NCBI GenBank assembly: GCA_034190465.1 | Contig: JAXINV010000019.1 | Coordinates: 1-15,072 of the forward strand | Reading direction: 5' to 3' | Source: Candidatus Asbonarchaeum danakilense | GTDB lineage: Archaea > Nanohalarchaeota > Nanosalinia > Nanosalinales > Nanoanaerosalinaceae | DNA length: 15,072 bases | In this document: in pieces, positions 7,660 to 14,843 of the stretch | Layout: every line of letters starts with the position of its first letter | How positions within the stretch are numbered: position 1 is the first letter of the stretch | Position numbers and translations under genes: made by a program | Notes under the pieces: model-generated | The model's input: only the letters and a program-made list of their open reading frames with translations | Database searches by the model: none | Told to the model about the DNA's origin: nothing

Positions 7660-8903
7660 AAGAAGTCCTTCACGCTCTGCTGTGTGCCTTCCATCATCTC
7701 GCTCTTCTGCCGCACCCTGTCCAAATCGACGGAGATGTTGCCGTCGATGGTCTGGACCGCCTGACTGAAGTTCTGCGGGATGGAGTATTCCTCGTCGAAC
7801 GCGTTCCGCACCGTCTCACGGATCACCCAGACACCGAGCGGCGCCCAGTACTTATCGGTCACGTCCCGGACGATCAATGCCTTGGCCTGGCGCTGGATAT
7901 CGTGCAGGTACTCCAGCACACCGAGCCGTGCCGCGTAGTAGGCCCCTGCTGTCTCGGCCGCGTACTGCGTCCTGCCGTCGTAGGTCTCATGGTTGGCTGC
8001 GAGGTAGGCGTCGTCGCCCGGGTTCCAGACCGAGCCAGCGCCCTTGATCTCGACCAGCTCGTACTCCCACTGACCGGGGATGAGCAGGACGTTGAAGAAG
8101 TTGCCGTTGTACTCGTTCGTGAACAGCCGCATCTCGCCCAGTTCCTGGTACTGCTTCACATCGCGGCGGAGGCCTTTGCCCAGGGTGTCGTCGGTCGCGG
8201 TGATCGACCACCGGGTCGGGACCAGCCGCCGGTTGTCCTGCTCGCCGAGCAGCCCGGCGCTGAGCACGCGCTGGATCTGGTAGGTGTCCAGGTCCTTCCG
8301 GTACAGGTACCGTGCCGCGCCTTCGGCCTTCCAGTCGTCGTCGGAGACCGCTTTCTCCACGGCACGGGCGACGGACGGGTTCTCAGTGATGTCGACCTCT
8401 TCAACCTGCTCCGCGGGGCCGAACGGCTGGGACCGTTCCTGGAAGTTGAGCTCGAAGTCCGGTGTCTTCGCGAGTTCGACCTCGACGTCGACCGGTGTGG
8501 ACGCCATCGCGATCTCCTTCGCCTCGTCCTGGAACGTGTCGACCTCGGTGACCTTGGCCGTGCTGCGGGAGTTGACCAGGTTGCTCCGGTAGCCGATGAC
8601 CTCCTCGATCGCTGCGTTGTCGCCGTACCAGGTGTCAGGCGAGTCGAACACGGCGCTGTCCCGGTGCTCGACAGGGGAGAGGATGCCGGCGTTGACCTTG
8701 GGGTAGCCGTGCCTGCCGACGAAGATGGAGGGCGGTGAGGCACCGAAGAAGCTGTCGTCCAGCGAATCCTTGGTCGGGGAGAACTCGTCGTACTTCTGGT
8801 AGACCCTGTTCTCCAGCCACTGCCGGCGCTGCCGCGGATCCATCCGTGCAAGCCGTTCACTGCTGAGTTCCCGGTCGTCGAACGTGTCCTCGTCCACGTG
8901 CAT
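7656..8903 (-). CDS. nreA: Archaeal DNA repair protein NreA (PCNA-interacting)
   Basis: PPSIFVGRHGYPKV, LSAGLLG..RRLVPTRWSITATDD, GAYYAARLGVLEYL and YWAPLGVWVIRETVRNAF motifs, with a C-terminal PIP box QQSVKDFF. Confidence 0.93.
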   Translation of the reverse strand: MHVDEDTFDDRELSSERLARMDPRQRRQWLENRVYQKYDEFSPTKDSLDDSFFGASPPSIFVGRHGYPKVNAGILSPVEHRDSAVFDSPDTWYGDNAAIEEVIGYRSNLVNSRSTAKVTEVDTFQDEAKEIAMASTPVDVEVELAKTPDFELNFQERSQPFGPAEQVEEVDITENPSVARAVEKAVSDDDWKAEGAARYLYRKDLDTYQIQRVLSAGLLGEQDNRRLVPTRWSITATDDTLGKGLRRDVKQYQELGEMRLFTNEYNGNFFNVLLIPGQWEYELVEIKGAGSVWNPGDDAYLAANHETYDGRTQYAAETAGAYYAARLGVLEYLHDIQRQAKALIVRDVTDKYWAPLGVWVIRETVRNAFDEEYSIPQNFSQAVQTIDGNISVDLDRVRQKSEMMEGTQQSVKDFF

Positions 8904-9019
8904 GGCTTGACGCCGAAACGATTTAAGGTTTGAGGCGCGCCACCCTGACTAGTTCAGGATGTCTAACGCTCTCCGGCCAAGTGCTAAACGAATTTAAAGG
9001 TTGGGTGCCATTTGAGTTT

Positions 9020-9083
9020 ACACTGGTTCACGATTTCCGGAAGATTTATAAGCAACCAGTGTTACCACGTTGTTGTGATAACA
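9020..9083 (+). promoter_or_regulatory. TATA box (TTTATAA 9045-9051) with two operator-like inverted repeats
   Basis: ACACTGGTT (9020-9028) and AACCAGTGT (9054-9062) form a perfect inverted repeat. TGTTACCAC (9060-9068)-N6-GTGATAACA (9075-9083) matches 8/9. Confidence 0.6.
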
Positions 9084-10303
9084 TGTTGCCTGATGAGCGC
9101 CAGGTGGTGGAAGCAGCACTCGTCGATGAACACTCCCTTGAGAGCGCGGTCTACCTCGAGGACGGCGGGACGATCGCGGTCTACGACGAGGACGGCGAGG
9201 AACTAGCCAGCACCAGCTACGACGTCGAGACGATGACATCGTTCAGGGAGGCGCTCCAGGGCGACTACGATGCAGACGAAGCGGTCGAACGGCTCGACGG
9301 GGAGGACCTCTACGTCGAGGTCGACGCCCCGGCGGACAGTGCCGCGGTCGAGGAACACGAGCTCGCTGCCTACATGGAGGCCGACGGGATCAGGGAGGAG
9401 ATCTCCCAGGACGTGATGGAGCACGAGTACGACACCGCGATGTGCCACCAGTGCCACAACGAGCTCGACGTGATGGAGGCCGACCCTGAACGGGAGGGCC
9501 TCAAGGTCAGGATGTACAGCTGCGACGACTGCGGCTACCACGACCACGAGTTCGTCGAGGAAGAGATAACGGAGGATGGCCCGGTCGTCGTCTCGACCAC
9601 GATCACCGACGAGGACGACCTCCGGCGGTTCGTCGACGTCCGTGAGGACGCGGCGTACAAGCTCGTGGACCTTGACGAGCTCGAGGAGGTGCAGGACCGG
9701 TTCAGGGTCCAGGCCGGGCTTGAACGCGAGTCCGACCTTGACCGTCGGGTCCAGGCCGACGACGGCACCGAGGTCACGGTGTACGGGATCGACGGCAAGC
9801 ACCGGACCGAGCTCGCCAGCCGCGAGTTCGAGGAGCAGGCAGCGGTGACCCCGCGCGAGATGCTTGTCGACGAGCTCCAGGACGATCCTGACGCGTTCGA
9901 CGAGGTCCGGGACTACGTGGAGGATATGGAGACCGGGACCTACGCGATGGTCGAGGTCGACGGGATCCAGGACACCGCTGTCGCGGTGGACACGCAGGGC
10001 CTCGACGAGGTCGAGCGCCAGGAAGAGGAGGACCTCGCGACGATCTACGAGAAGCCCAACTCCCGGCCGACACAGGTCCCTGTCGAGGGGCTCCTCGCAC
10101 AGCTGACCGACCGGCACACGATGCTCCGCGACGGGACGCGGCAGAAGGTCGAGGAGCACCGGGAGGACCCCAACTTCGAGCTCCGCATCCACGACCGGTC
10201 CGGCGGCTCGGACGTGGAGCACGATGAAGAGGACGAGTACGTGAAGGTCGTGGAGGAGCACGACGTCAGGCTCGGCTCGCTCGGCGACGGTGCCCCGCAG
10301 TAG
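9083..10303 (+). CDS. Highly acidic hypothetical protein (~406 aa) with an internal duplicated domain and a central Zn ribbon
   Basis: Start placed at ATG 9083 (MLPDERQ) because the upstream ORF extension is AT-rich promoter DNA. Contains CHQC-x22-CDDC and two similar segments (DGGTIAVY..ELAS..VEVD and DGTEVTVY..ELAS..VEVD). Confidence 0.85.
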   Translation: MLPDERQVVEAALVDEHSLESAVYLEDGGTIAVYDEDGEELASTSYDVETMTSFREALQGDYDADEAVERLDGEDLYVEVDAPADSAAVEEHELAAYMEADGIREEISQDVMEHEYDTAMCHQCHNELDVMEADPEREGLKVRMYSCDDCGYHDHEFVEEEITEDGPVVVSTTITDEDDLRRFVDVREDAAYKLVDLDELEEVQDRFRVQAGLERESDLDRRVQADDGTEVTVYGIDGKHRTELASREFEEQAAVTPREMLVDELQDDPDAFDEVRDYVEDMETGTYAMVEVDGIQDTAVAVDTQGLDEVERQEEEDLATIYEKPNSRPTQVPVEGLLAQLTDRHTMLRDGTRQKVEEHREDPNFELRIHDRSGGSDVEHDEEDEYVKVVEEHDVRLGSLGDGAPQ

Positions 10304-10327
10304 TGCGGGGCGGGCGATACCTTTTTC
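10292..10327 (+). terminator. Possible terminator: GC hairpin over the stop codon, followed by a T-run
   Basis: GCCCCGCA-GTAG-TGCGGGGC (10292-10311, 8-bp stem, stop codon in the loop), then TTTTT at 10322-10326. The T-run may instead be the TATA element of the next gene. Confidence 0.3.
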
Positions 10328-10351
10328 ACTCTTCTCGGGACAGCCACGGGT

Positions 10352-11293
10352 ATGGATATCGAGTACGTCGCCTTCGATTCGATGGGTGTCCAGGGCTCGT
10401 GCTTCCGCGTGTCAGGCGGCGATGACCGGGTGATCGTGGATCCCGGCATCTCGATGGAGACGGACGCGTTCCCGCTCAGTGAGTCTGAGCGGATGTATCT
10501 CCGGTCGACGATGAAGAACCGGCTGACGAAGAAGGCGAAGCAGGCGAACGTCGCCGCGATCAGCCACTACCACTACGACCACTATACCGAGGAGCCTGAC
10601 AGGAAGATCTACGGCCGGAAACGGCTCCTGCTGAAGGACCCGGAACAGGACATCAACGACGAGCAGCGTGAAAGGGCGGCGGAGCTTCTCGACGGGGTGA
10701 AGGGCCTTGCGGACCGGATCGACCACGCGGACGGCAGGACGTTCTACTTCGACGGCTTCAAGCTGTCGTTCGGCGACGCGATGTGGCACGGCGGCGCAGG
10801 CACCGGGATGGGCAAAGTCGTTCCCATGGTGTTCAAGGACAACGCGACCGGCCGCTCGGTGCTGTACACGTCCGATCTGGACGGGCCGGTGGAGGATGAT
10901 GCGGCTGACTGGATCGTGGAGCAGGAGCCGGATGTCATCATCCATAACGGCGCGCCGACGTACATGCTGGATCTGGTACTCGACTACCAGGGGTACGCGA
11001 AGGGCGTTCTCAACCTGAAGCGGGTCATCGAGGAGGTAGGTCCGTCGAAGATCGTGCTGGACCACCACCTGCTCCGTGACTACCGGTACCGGGACCTGTA
11101 CCGGGTGGCGTTCGATGCGGCCCGGGACAACGGGGTGACGATGAACACGGCAGCGGAGGAGCTTGGCGACCAGCCGAAGGTCCGTGAAGCGTACGAAGAA
11201 GCGGACGAGGCACGGTGGAGCGACTGGCCGACACCGGATGAGAGCCAGCTTGAACGGTTGGCGGCGGGCGAGGACCCGGACACGGTGCTCTAG
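10352..11293 (+). CDS. Metallo-beta-lactamase-fold hydrolase, UPF0282-like
   Basis: AFDSMGV..IVDPG..ISHYHYDHY (HxHxDH)..LLKDP..WHG..YTSD..LDHHLLRD is the pattern of the archaeal UPF0282 family. Confidence 0.88.
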   Translation: MDIEYVAFDSMGVQGSCFRVSGGDDRVIVDPGISMETDAFPLSESERMYLRSTMKNRLTKKAKQANVAAISHYHYDHYTEEPDRKIYGRKRLLLKDPEQDINDEQRERAAELLDGVKGLADRIDHADGRTFYFDGFKLSFGDAMWHGGAGTGMGKVVPMVFKDNATGRSVLYTSDLDGPVEDDAADWIVEQEPDVIIHNGAPTYMLDLVLDYQGYAKGVLNLKRVIEEVGPSKIVLDHHLLRDYRYRDLYRVAFDAARDNGVTMNTAAEELGDQPKVREAYEEADEARWSDWPTPDESQLERLAAGEDPDTVL

Positions 11294-12021
11294 TTCTCTT
11301 CAAGTTCAAGCAGCATGCTTGGGTTGACCAGCAGGACGTACAGGTTGATGACGGAGCTGACCAGCCGTCCGAGTACGAAGCCGATGAACCCGATCCGCTG
11401 CAGCCCGCCCTCAAGCAGTGTGGTGACAGCGAGGAGTACGAAGGAGAGCAGTGCGATACCGGTGACGGGACGGAGATGGTGCCGTGACTGTCGGTAGCCC
11501 CGCTTGAACTCCTCGATGAAACCACTGTCGCCGAGGACGACGGAGACAGGAGTGAAGTAGAACAGGATCGTGACGACCAGCAGGCCTGCAGATGCGAGGA
11601 CGAGGCCGGCCGCCTGGTAGAGCAGGTTGCCGTTGAGCTGGCCGAGGATGAACAGGCTGCTGCCGGGGACGGCGACGAGCGAGCCGACGATGAACGGGAT
11701 GAAGAACGCGCCAAGTCCCTGCGGTAGTTTGCCGAGTCCCTGCCTGAACGCGGACCATATGTCGACGGTATCGGTATTGTACTGCCTGACGATGATGAAG
11801 TAGGCGTTGTAGACGAGGATCTGGACGGGGACGAGGAGGAGCATGTAGCCGAGCAGCCGTCGGGCCTGGGCGGGCTGCATGGCGATCGGCTGGGTGACGC
11901 CCTGGATGAGCTGGATCCAGAACAGGCTCCAGACCGCTGTCATGAGGAGCTTGGGAAGGAAGAGGAGTGGTCGATCGCGGAGGAGCTGGAAGGCGGAGCG
12001 GAGGACGGTGCGGAACTCCAT
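11290..12021 (-). CDS. Polytopic membrane protein (about 6 TM), function unknown
   Basis: Multiple long hydrophobic segments, plus a 'PVSVVLGDSGFIEEFKRGY' segment resembling the 'P..vv.....al..s' pattern of small archaeal membrane families. Confidence 0.85.
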   Translation of the reverse strand: MEFRTVLRSAFQLLRDRPLLFLPKLLMTAVWSLFWIQLIQGVTQPIAMQPAQARRLLGYMLLLVPVQILVYNAYFIIVRQYNTDTVDIWSAFRQGLGKLPQGLGAFFIPFIVGSLVAVPGSSLFILGQLNGNLLYQAAGLVLASAGLLVVTILFYFTPVSVVLGDSGFIEEFKRGYRQSRHHLRPVTGIALLSFVLLAVTTLLEGGLQRIGFIGFVLGRLVSSVINLYVLLVNPSMLLELEEN

Positions 12022-12043
12022 ACGCCTGTCTTGCCCCGGCAGG

Positions 12044-12051
12044 TTTTTATA
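12044..12051. promoter_or_regulatory. Probable bidirectional TATA box
   Basis: TTTTTATA lies ~25 nt before ATG 12076 (+). Its complement TATAAAAA lies ~23 nt before ATG 12021 (-). The intergenic gap is 54 nt. Confidence 0.6.
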
Positions 12052-12075
12052 GCTGGCAGCCGCCTGTTGCTGTAT

Positions 12076-12636
12076 ATGCCGGCCTCAGAGGTCGTGGACG
12101 CGGTCACTGACAACGATGTCCTGTTCGTGCTTGTCAACTACAATAATTTCCGGGATGTCGCGGATCAGATCACTTGCAGGCTGCTGGAGGAGGACTACGC
12201 CTGTATCTTCCTGACAGCGGACAGGACGTTCGATGAGGTCCGGGAGGAGCTGGAGTACCGTGGAGCGGACACCAGCGATGTCTACGTCATCGACCTGACT
12301 GCGGCGCGGAAGGGGATCGAGTCGGCGGATGAAAAGACCACGCTGATCAGTTCGCCGACTGCCTACAACGACATCAACCTGGCGTTCTCCGACATGTACG
12401 ACCGCATCAAGTCGGAGAAGCTGTTCGTGATGCTGGACTCGTTCACGGCGTGGCTGCTGTACGGTGAGCTGAAGGAGACCGGCAACTTCGTCAAGCGGCT
12501 GACCGACAAGGCACAGGAGCACGGTGCGAAGTTTGTCGTCATGGCGATGCACAACCAGCTGGACGACGATGCGGTGGACCGGTTCATGACGTTCTGCGAT
12601 GAGAAGTTCGATTTTAGCGATGAGGGCCGGCCTTAG
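12076..12636 (+). CDS. Stand-alone degenerate KaiC/RecA-like protein lacking Walker A
   Basis: Start at ATG 12076 (MPASEV). Contains CIFLT, VYVIDL, FVMLDSFTAWLLY (Walker-B-like LDS) and C-terminal FCDEKFDF, with no GxxxxGK[ST]. Confidence 0.75.
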   Translation: MPASEVVDAVTDNDVLFVLVNYNNFRDVADQITCRLLEEDYACIFLTADRTFDEVREELEYRGADTSDVYVIDLTAARKGIESADEKTTLISSPTAYNDINLAFSDMYDRIKSEKLFVMLDSFTAWLLYGELKETGNFVKRLTDKAQEHGAKFVVMAMHNQLDDDAVDRFMTFCDEKFDFSDEGRP

Positions 12637-12947
12637 ACCTGCTTGGCGGCTTCGGTCGCGTCGTCATCGTCGTCATCGTCCGGCCGCTTGACCTCGCTGC
12701 CCTGGCCCTTGAGCTTCCGCACCAGGCTGGAGGTCTCGCATTCGGAGCATTTGATGTAGTACGGCCTGTTGGGCATGTGCTTCTTGCCCTCGGTCTCCGC
12801 GCCGCAGTACGGGCATTTCATCTCGTAGTGGAAGTTCTCGCCGTCGTACGAGTACATCTTGATGTGGCCCGTCATCTCCCCGTCGTCGTTGGGGAGCTTG
12901 CGGTTGGTCGCGTACTCGACGCGGTCGAAGTCGATGTCGTCGCTCAT
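12633..12947 (-). CDS. Small Zn-ribbon protein (~104 aa) with an acidic tail
   Basis: Start at ATG 12947 (MSDDIDF), with TTTTTATG at 12973-12980 on the minus strand. Contains CPYC-x18-CSEC and a poly-Asp tail. Confidence 0.82.
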   Translation of the reverse strand: MSDDIDFDRVEYATNRKLPNDDGEMTGHIKMYSYDGENFHYEMKCPYCGAETEGKKHMPNRPYYIKCSECETSSLVRKLKGQGSEVKRPDDDDDDDATEAAKQV

Positions 12948-12991
12948 GTTATCCCAGTGTTGCAGGGTGGTGCATAAAAAGGTTTCCGCTT

Positions 12992-13882
12992 TTAAACGCG
13001 CGGGACCGCGATGGCTGCGTACTGTTCGAGCACTTCCTCCTCGGAGAGACTGCATGTCGGTGTCAGCACGCTCCGTTCGTATATCTCGGGGTCGAAGTCC
13101 TCGATCTCGTCGAACGTGAGGCCGACACCGATCGCTGTGGCGTCGAACTGCTCTGCTGCGGCGTTGATCGCGTCCACGTCGCTGTCCCGGTCCATGGTCA
13201 CGAGCTTGATCCCGGGGTCGTACGCGGACAGCACGGTCACTGCTTCGTCCGCCTCCGGTGGATGGTTGCCGTTGTAGACTGGGGCGACGGTGCAGCCACG
13301 TTTCATCAGCAGGTAGCCTGCGTACACGTCGACACGGTCCCGGACGGGGACGACGACAACGCTGTCACGCGAGATCGGCACGCCGCCGACGCCGTCGAAG
13401 ACACGGGTGTAGACGTAGGCGTTCTCGTACCGGGCCTCGATGGAGACGGTGAGATCGGGGTCGTCCAGGTCGACGTCCCAGCCTTTCTCGTCGACGATCC
13501 GCTGCCCGATCTCGTTCTCCAGGTCTTTGCTGGTGTAGTCGTGTTCTTCGCCGGTCCTTCTGGCGTCGACGGCGAAGGAATCTGGTTCCTCGCCCTGGAT
13601 GGCTTCCTGGACCGCGTCCCAGATGCTGTCGATGTCGAGGTCGGTCTCAAGCGCGGGGGCGATGAGCTTGATGCCGGGTGTGCGTTCCAGCGCTTCGACA
13701 GCGTCAGGGACGTCGTCTTCCTCGGCCTTGACGAACATCCGGCCTTCCTGCTGGATGACGGCGGCCTCGATGTCGCGCCTGGCGAGCTGCTCCCGGATCC
13801 GGTCTGTGAGCCGGTCGGTCATCTTCCGCTCGACGGGCGGGCTCTTGAGGCTGAGCTCGGAGCTGGAGACGATGATCTTCAT
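12992..13882 (-). CDS. thiI: ThiI-like THUMP-domain protein with a degenerate PP-loop domain
   Basis: ThiI-type N-terminus (SELSLKSPPVERKM), THUMP (SFAVDARRTGEEHDYTSKDL..VDLDDPD), GVGGVP and LLMKRG. The SGGxDS PP-loop position reads VRDRVD. Confidence 0.85.
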   Translation of the reverse strand: MKIIVSSSELSLKSPPVERKMTDRLTDRIREQLARRDIEAAVIQQEGRMFVKAEEDDVPDAVEALERTPGIKLIAPALETDLDIDSIWDAVQEAIQGEEPDSFAVDARRTGEEHDYTSKDLENEIGQRIVDEKGWDVDLDDPDLTVSIEARYENAYVYTRVFDGVGGVPISRDSVVVVPVRDRVDVYAGYLLMKRGCTVAPVYNGNHPPEADEAVTVLSAYDPGIKLVTMDRDSDVDAINAAAEQFDATAIGVGLTFDEIEDFDPEIYERSVLTPTCSLSEEEVLEQYAAIAVPRV

Positions 13883-13906
13883 CGCTGGCGGGATGCGGCG
13901 GGAAGC

Positions 13907-13916
13907 TATTTAAATA
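13907..13916. promoter_or_regulatory. Palindromic bidirectional TATA box TATTTAAATA
   Basis: Perfect 10-bp palindrome between divergent ATGs at 13882 (-) and 13937 (+), ~25 and ~21 nt away. Confidence 0.7.
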
Positions 13917-13936
13917 TCGCCGGGCCGGTTGTCACC

Positions 13937-14653
13937 ATGCCCGAAGCAGTGACACCGGCGACGCTGGAGGGAAGCGGCCGACGTATCTTCCAGTGGCCGG
14001 AATACGAGCTTGATGAGCCGGATATCTTCCAGGCGGTGGTGATGGAGCATTTCGACCGGCACCGCGACCGTGGCCTTGACCTGGAGATCGACAGCGGGTC
14101 GCTCCGGCTGGAGATGGAGGATGCGACGGACGAGGCGGAGCGCCGCCACACGTACATCATCGACAGTGACGGCGATTTCACCAGTCTGTACGATTCGCCG
14201 CTGCTGGAACGGAAGCCGGAGGACGAGGTCTCCCGGCACGAGACGATCACGACCAGCCGTTTCAACGCGCTGTACGGCCGCGCCCGGAAGGCGACGGAGC
14301 TGGCGGACTACATCCAGGAGTTCGAGCAGTACGGTGTCGCGGACCAGGTGCTGGACAGGTTCCAGGACGCACCGGTCCTTGCGCCGGAGGAGCTGGACGC
14401 AGCTGTCGATACGGACGAGGTGCCGGAGGAGCTGTACCAGCGGGTCGGCGAGGTGGACCTTGCCGGCGAGGACTACGATGAGGCGCTGGAGGAGCTGCTG
14501 GAAGAGGACAGCACCCGGGAGGAGCTGGATACGGAGATGTACACGAAGGGCCGCGACCTCTCTGACTATGATGAGGAGTTCCAGTACGGCGAGGAGATGC
14601 GCGAGATCTACGACAGCATGATGGACTTCGTCACCGTCCGCTTCAACGACTGA
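13937..14653 (+). CDS. Highly acidic hypothetical protein (~238 aa)
   Basis: Start placed at ATG 13937 (MPEAVT); the upstream part of the 13262 ORF is an antisense shadow of the ThiI-like gene. D/E-rich with host-like codons. Confidence 0.8.
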   Translation: MPEAVTPATLEGSGRRIFQWPEYELDEPDIFQAVVMEHFDRHRDRGLDLEIDSGSLRLEMEDATDEAERRHTYIIDSDGDFTSLYDSPLLERKPEDEVSRHETITTSRFNALYGRARKATELADYIQEFEQYGVADQVLDRFQDAPVLAPEELDAAVDTDEVPEELYQRVGEVDLAGEDYDEALEELLEEDSTREELDTEMYTKGRDLSDYDEEFQYGEEMREIYDSMMDFVTVRFND

Positions 14654-14724
14654 TACACCGGCGACGTTGGGCGGTGTCCGACGGGTTCGCCAGAACCCGT
14701 CCATCGCCCTCGCCGATCTGCGAG

Positions 14725-14747
14725 GGGTCCGTGGTCTAGTTGGTCAG
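14725..14747 (+). repeat. Exact 23-bp copy of the 5' end of tRNA-Val
   Basis: GGGTCCGTGGTCTAGTTGGTCAG occurs at 14725-14747 and at 14844-14866. Confidence 0.95.
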
Positions 14748-14843
14748 CTCGGGTTACGCTCCGAGGACGCAAAGCCGGGATTCGCTGACGCGAACCCGGC
14801 AAAGGTCCGCAAGAGGGCGAGGGACGTAGGAAAGATATTGGAT

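Noticed and set aside
8904..9082. Replication origin (AT-rich gap near an apparent skew change)
   Set aside because: No adjacent cdc6/orc1 gene and no recognisable ORB repeats with G-strings; promoters explain the AT content.
8930..9082. N-terminal extensions in the ORF track (also 12031-12075, 12948-13055, 13262-13936)
   Set aside because: They run through TATA boxes or opposite-strand genes; downstream ATGs sit at the usual distance from TATA elements.
12660..12682. TCGTCA-like short tandem repeat
   Set aside because: It simply encodes the poly-Asp tail of the Zn-ribbon protein.
14748..14765. 18-nt hairpin as a D-arm BHB intron of a second tRNA gene
   Set aside because: None of the three possible registers gives a 4-bp central helix, and no anticodon arm, T-arm or acceptor follows.
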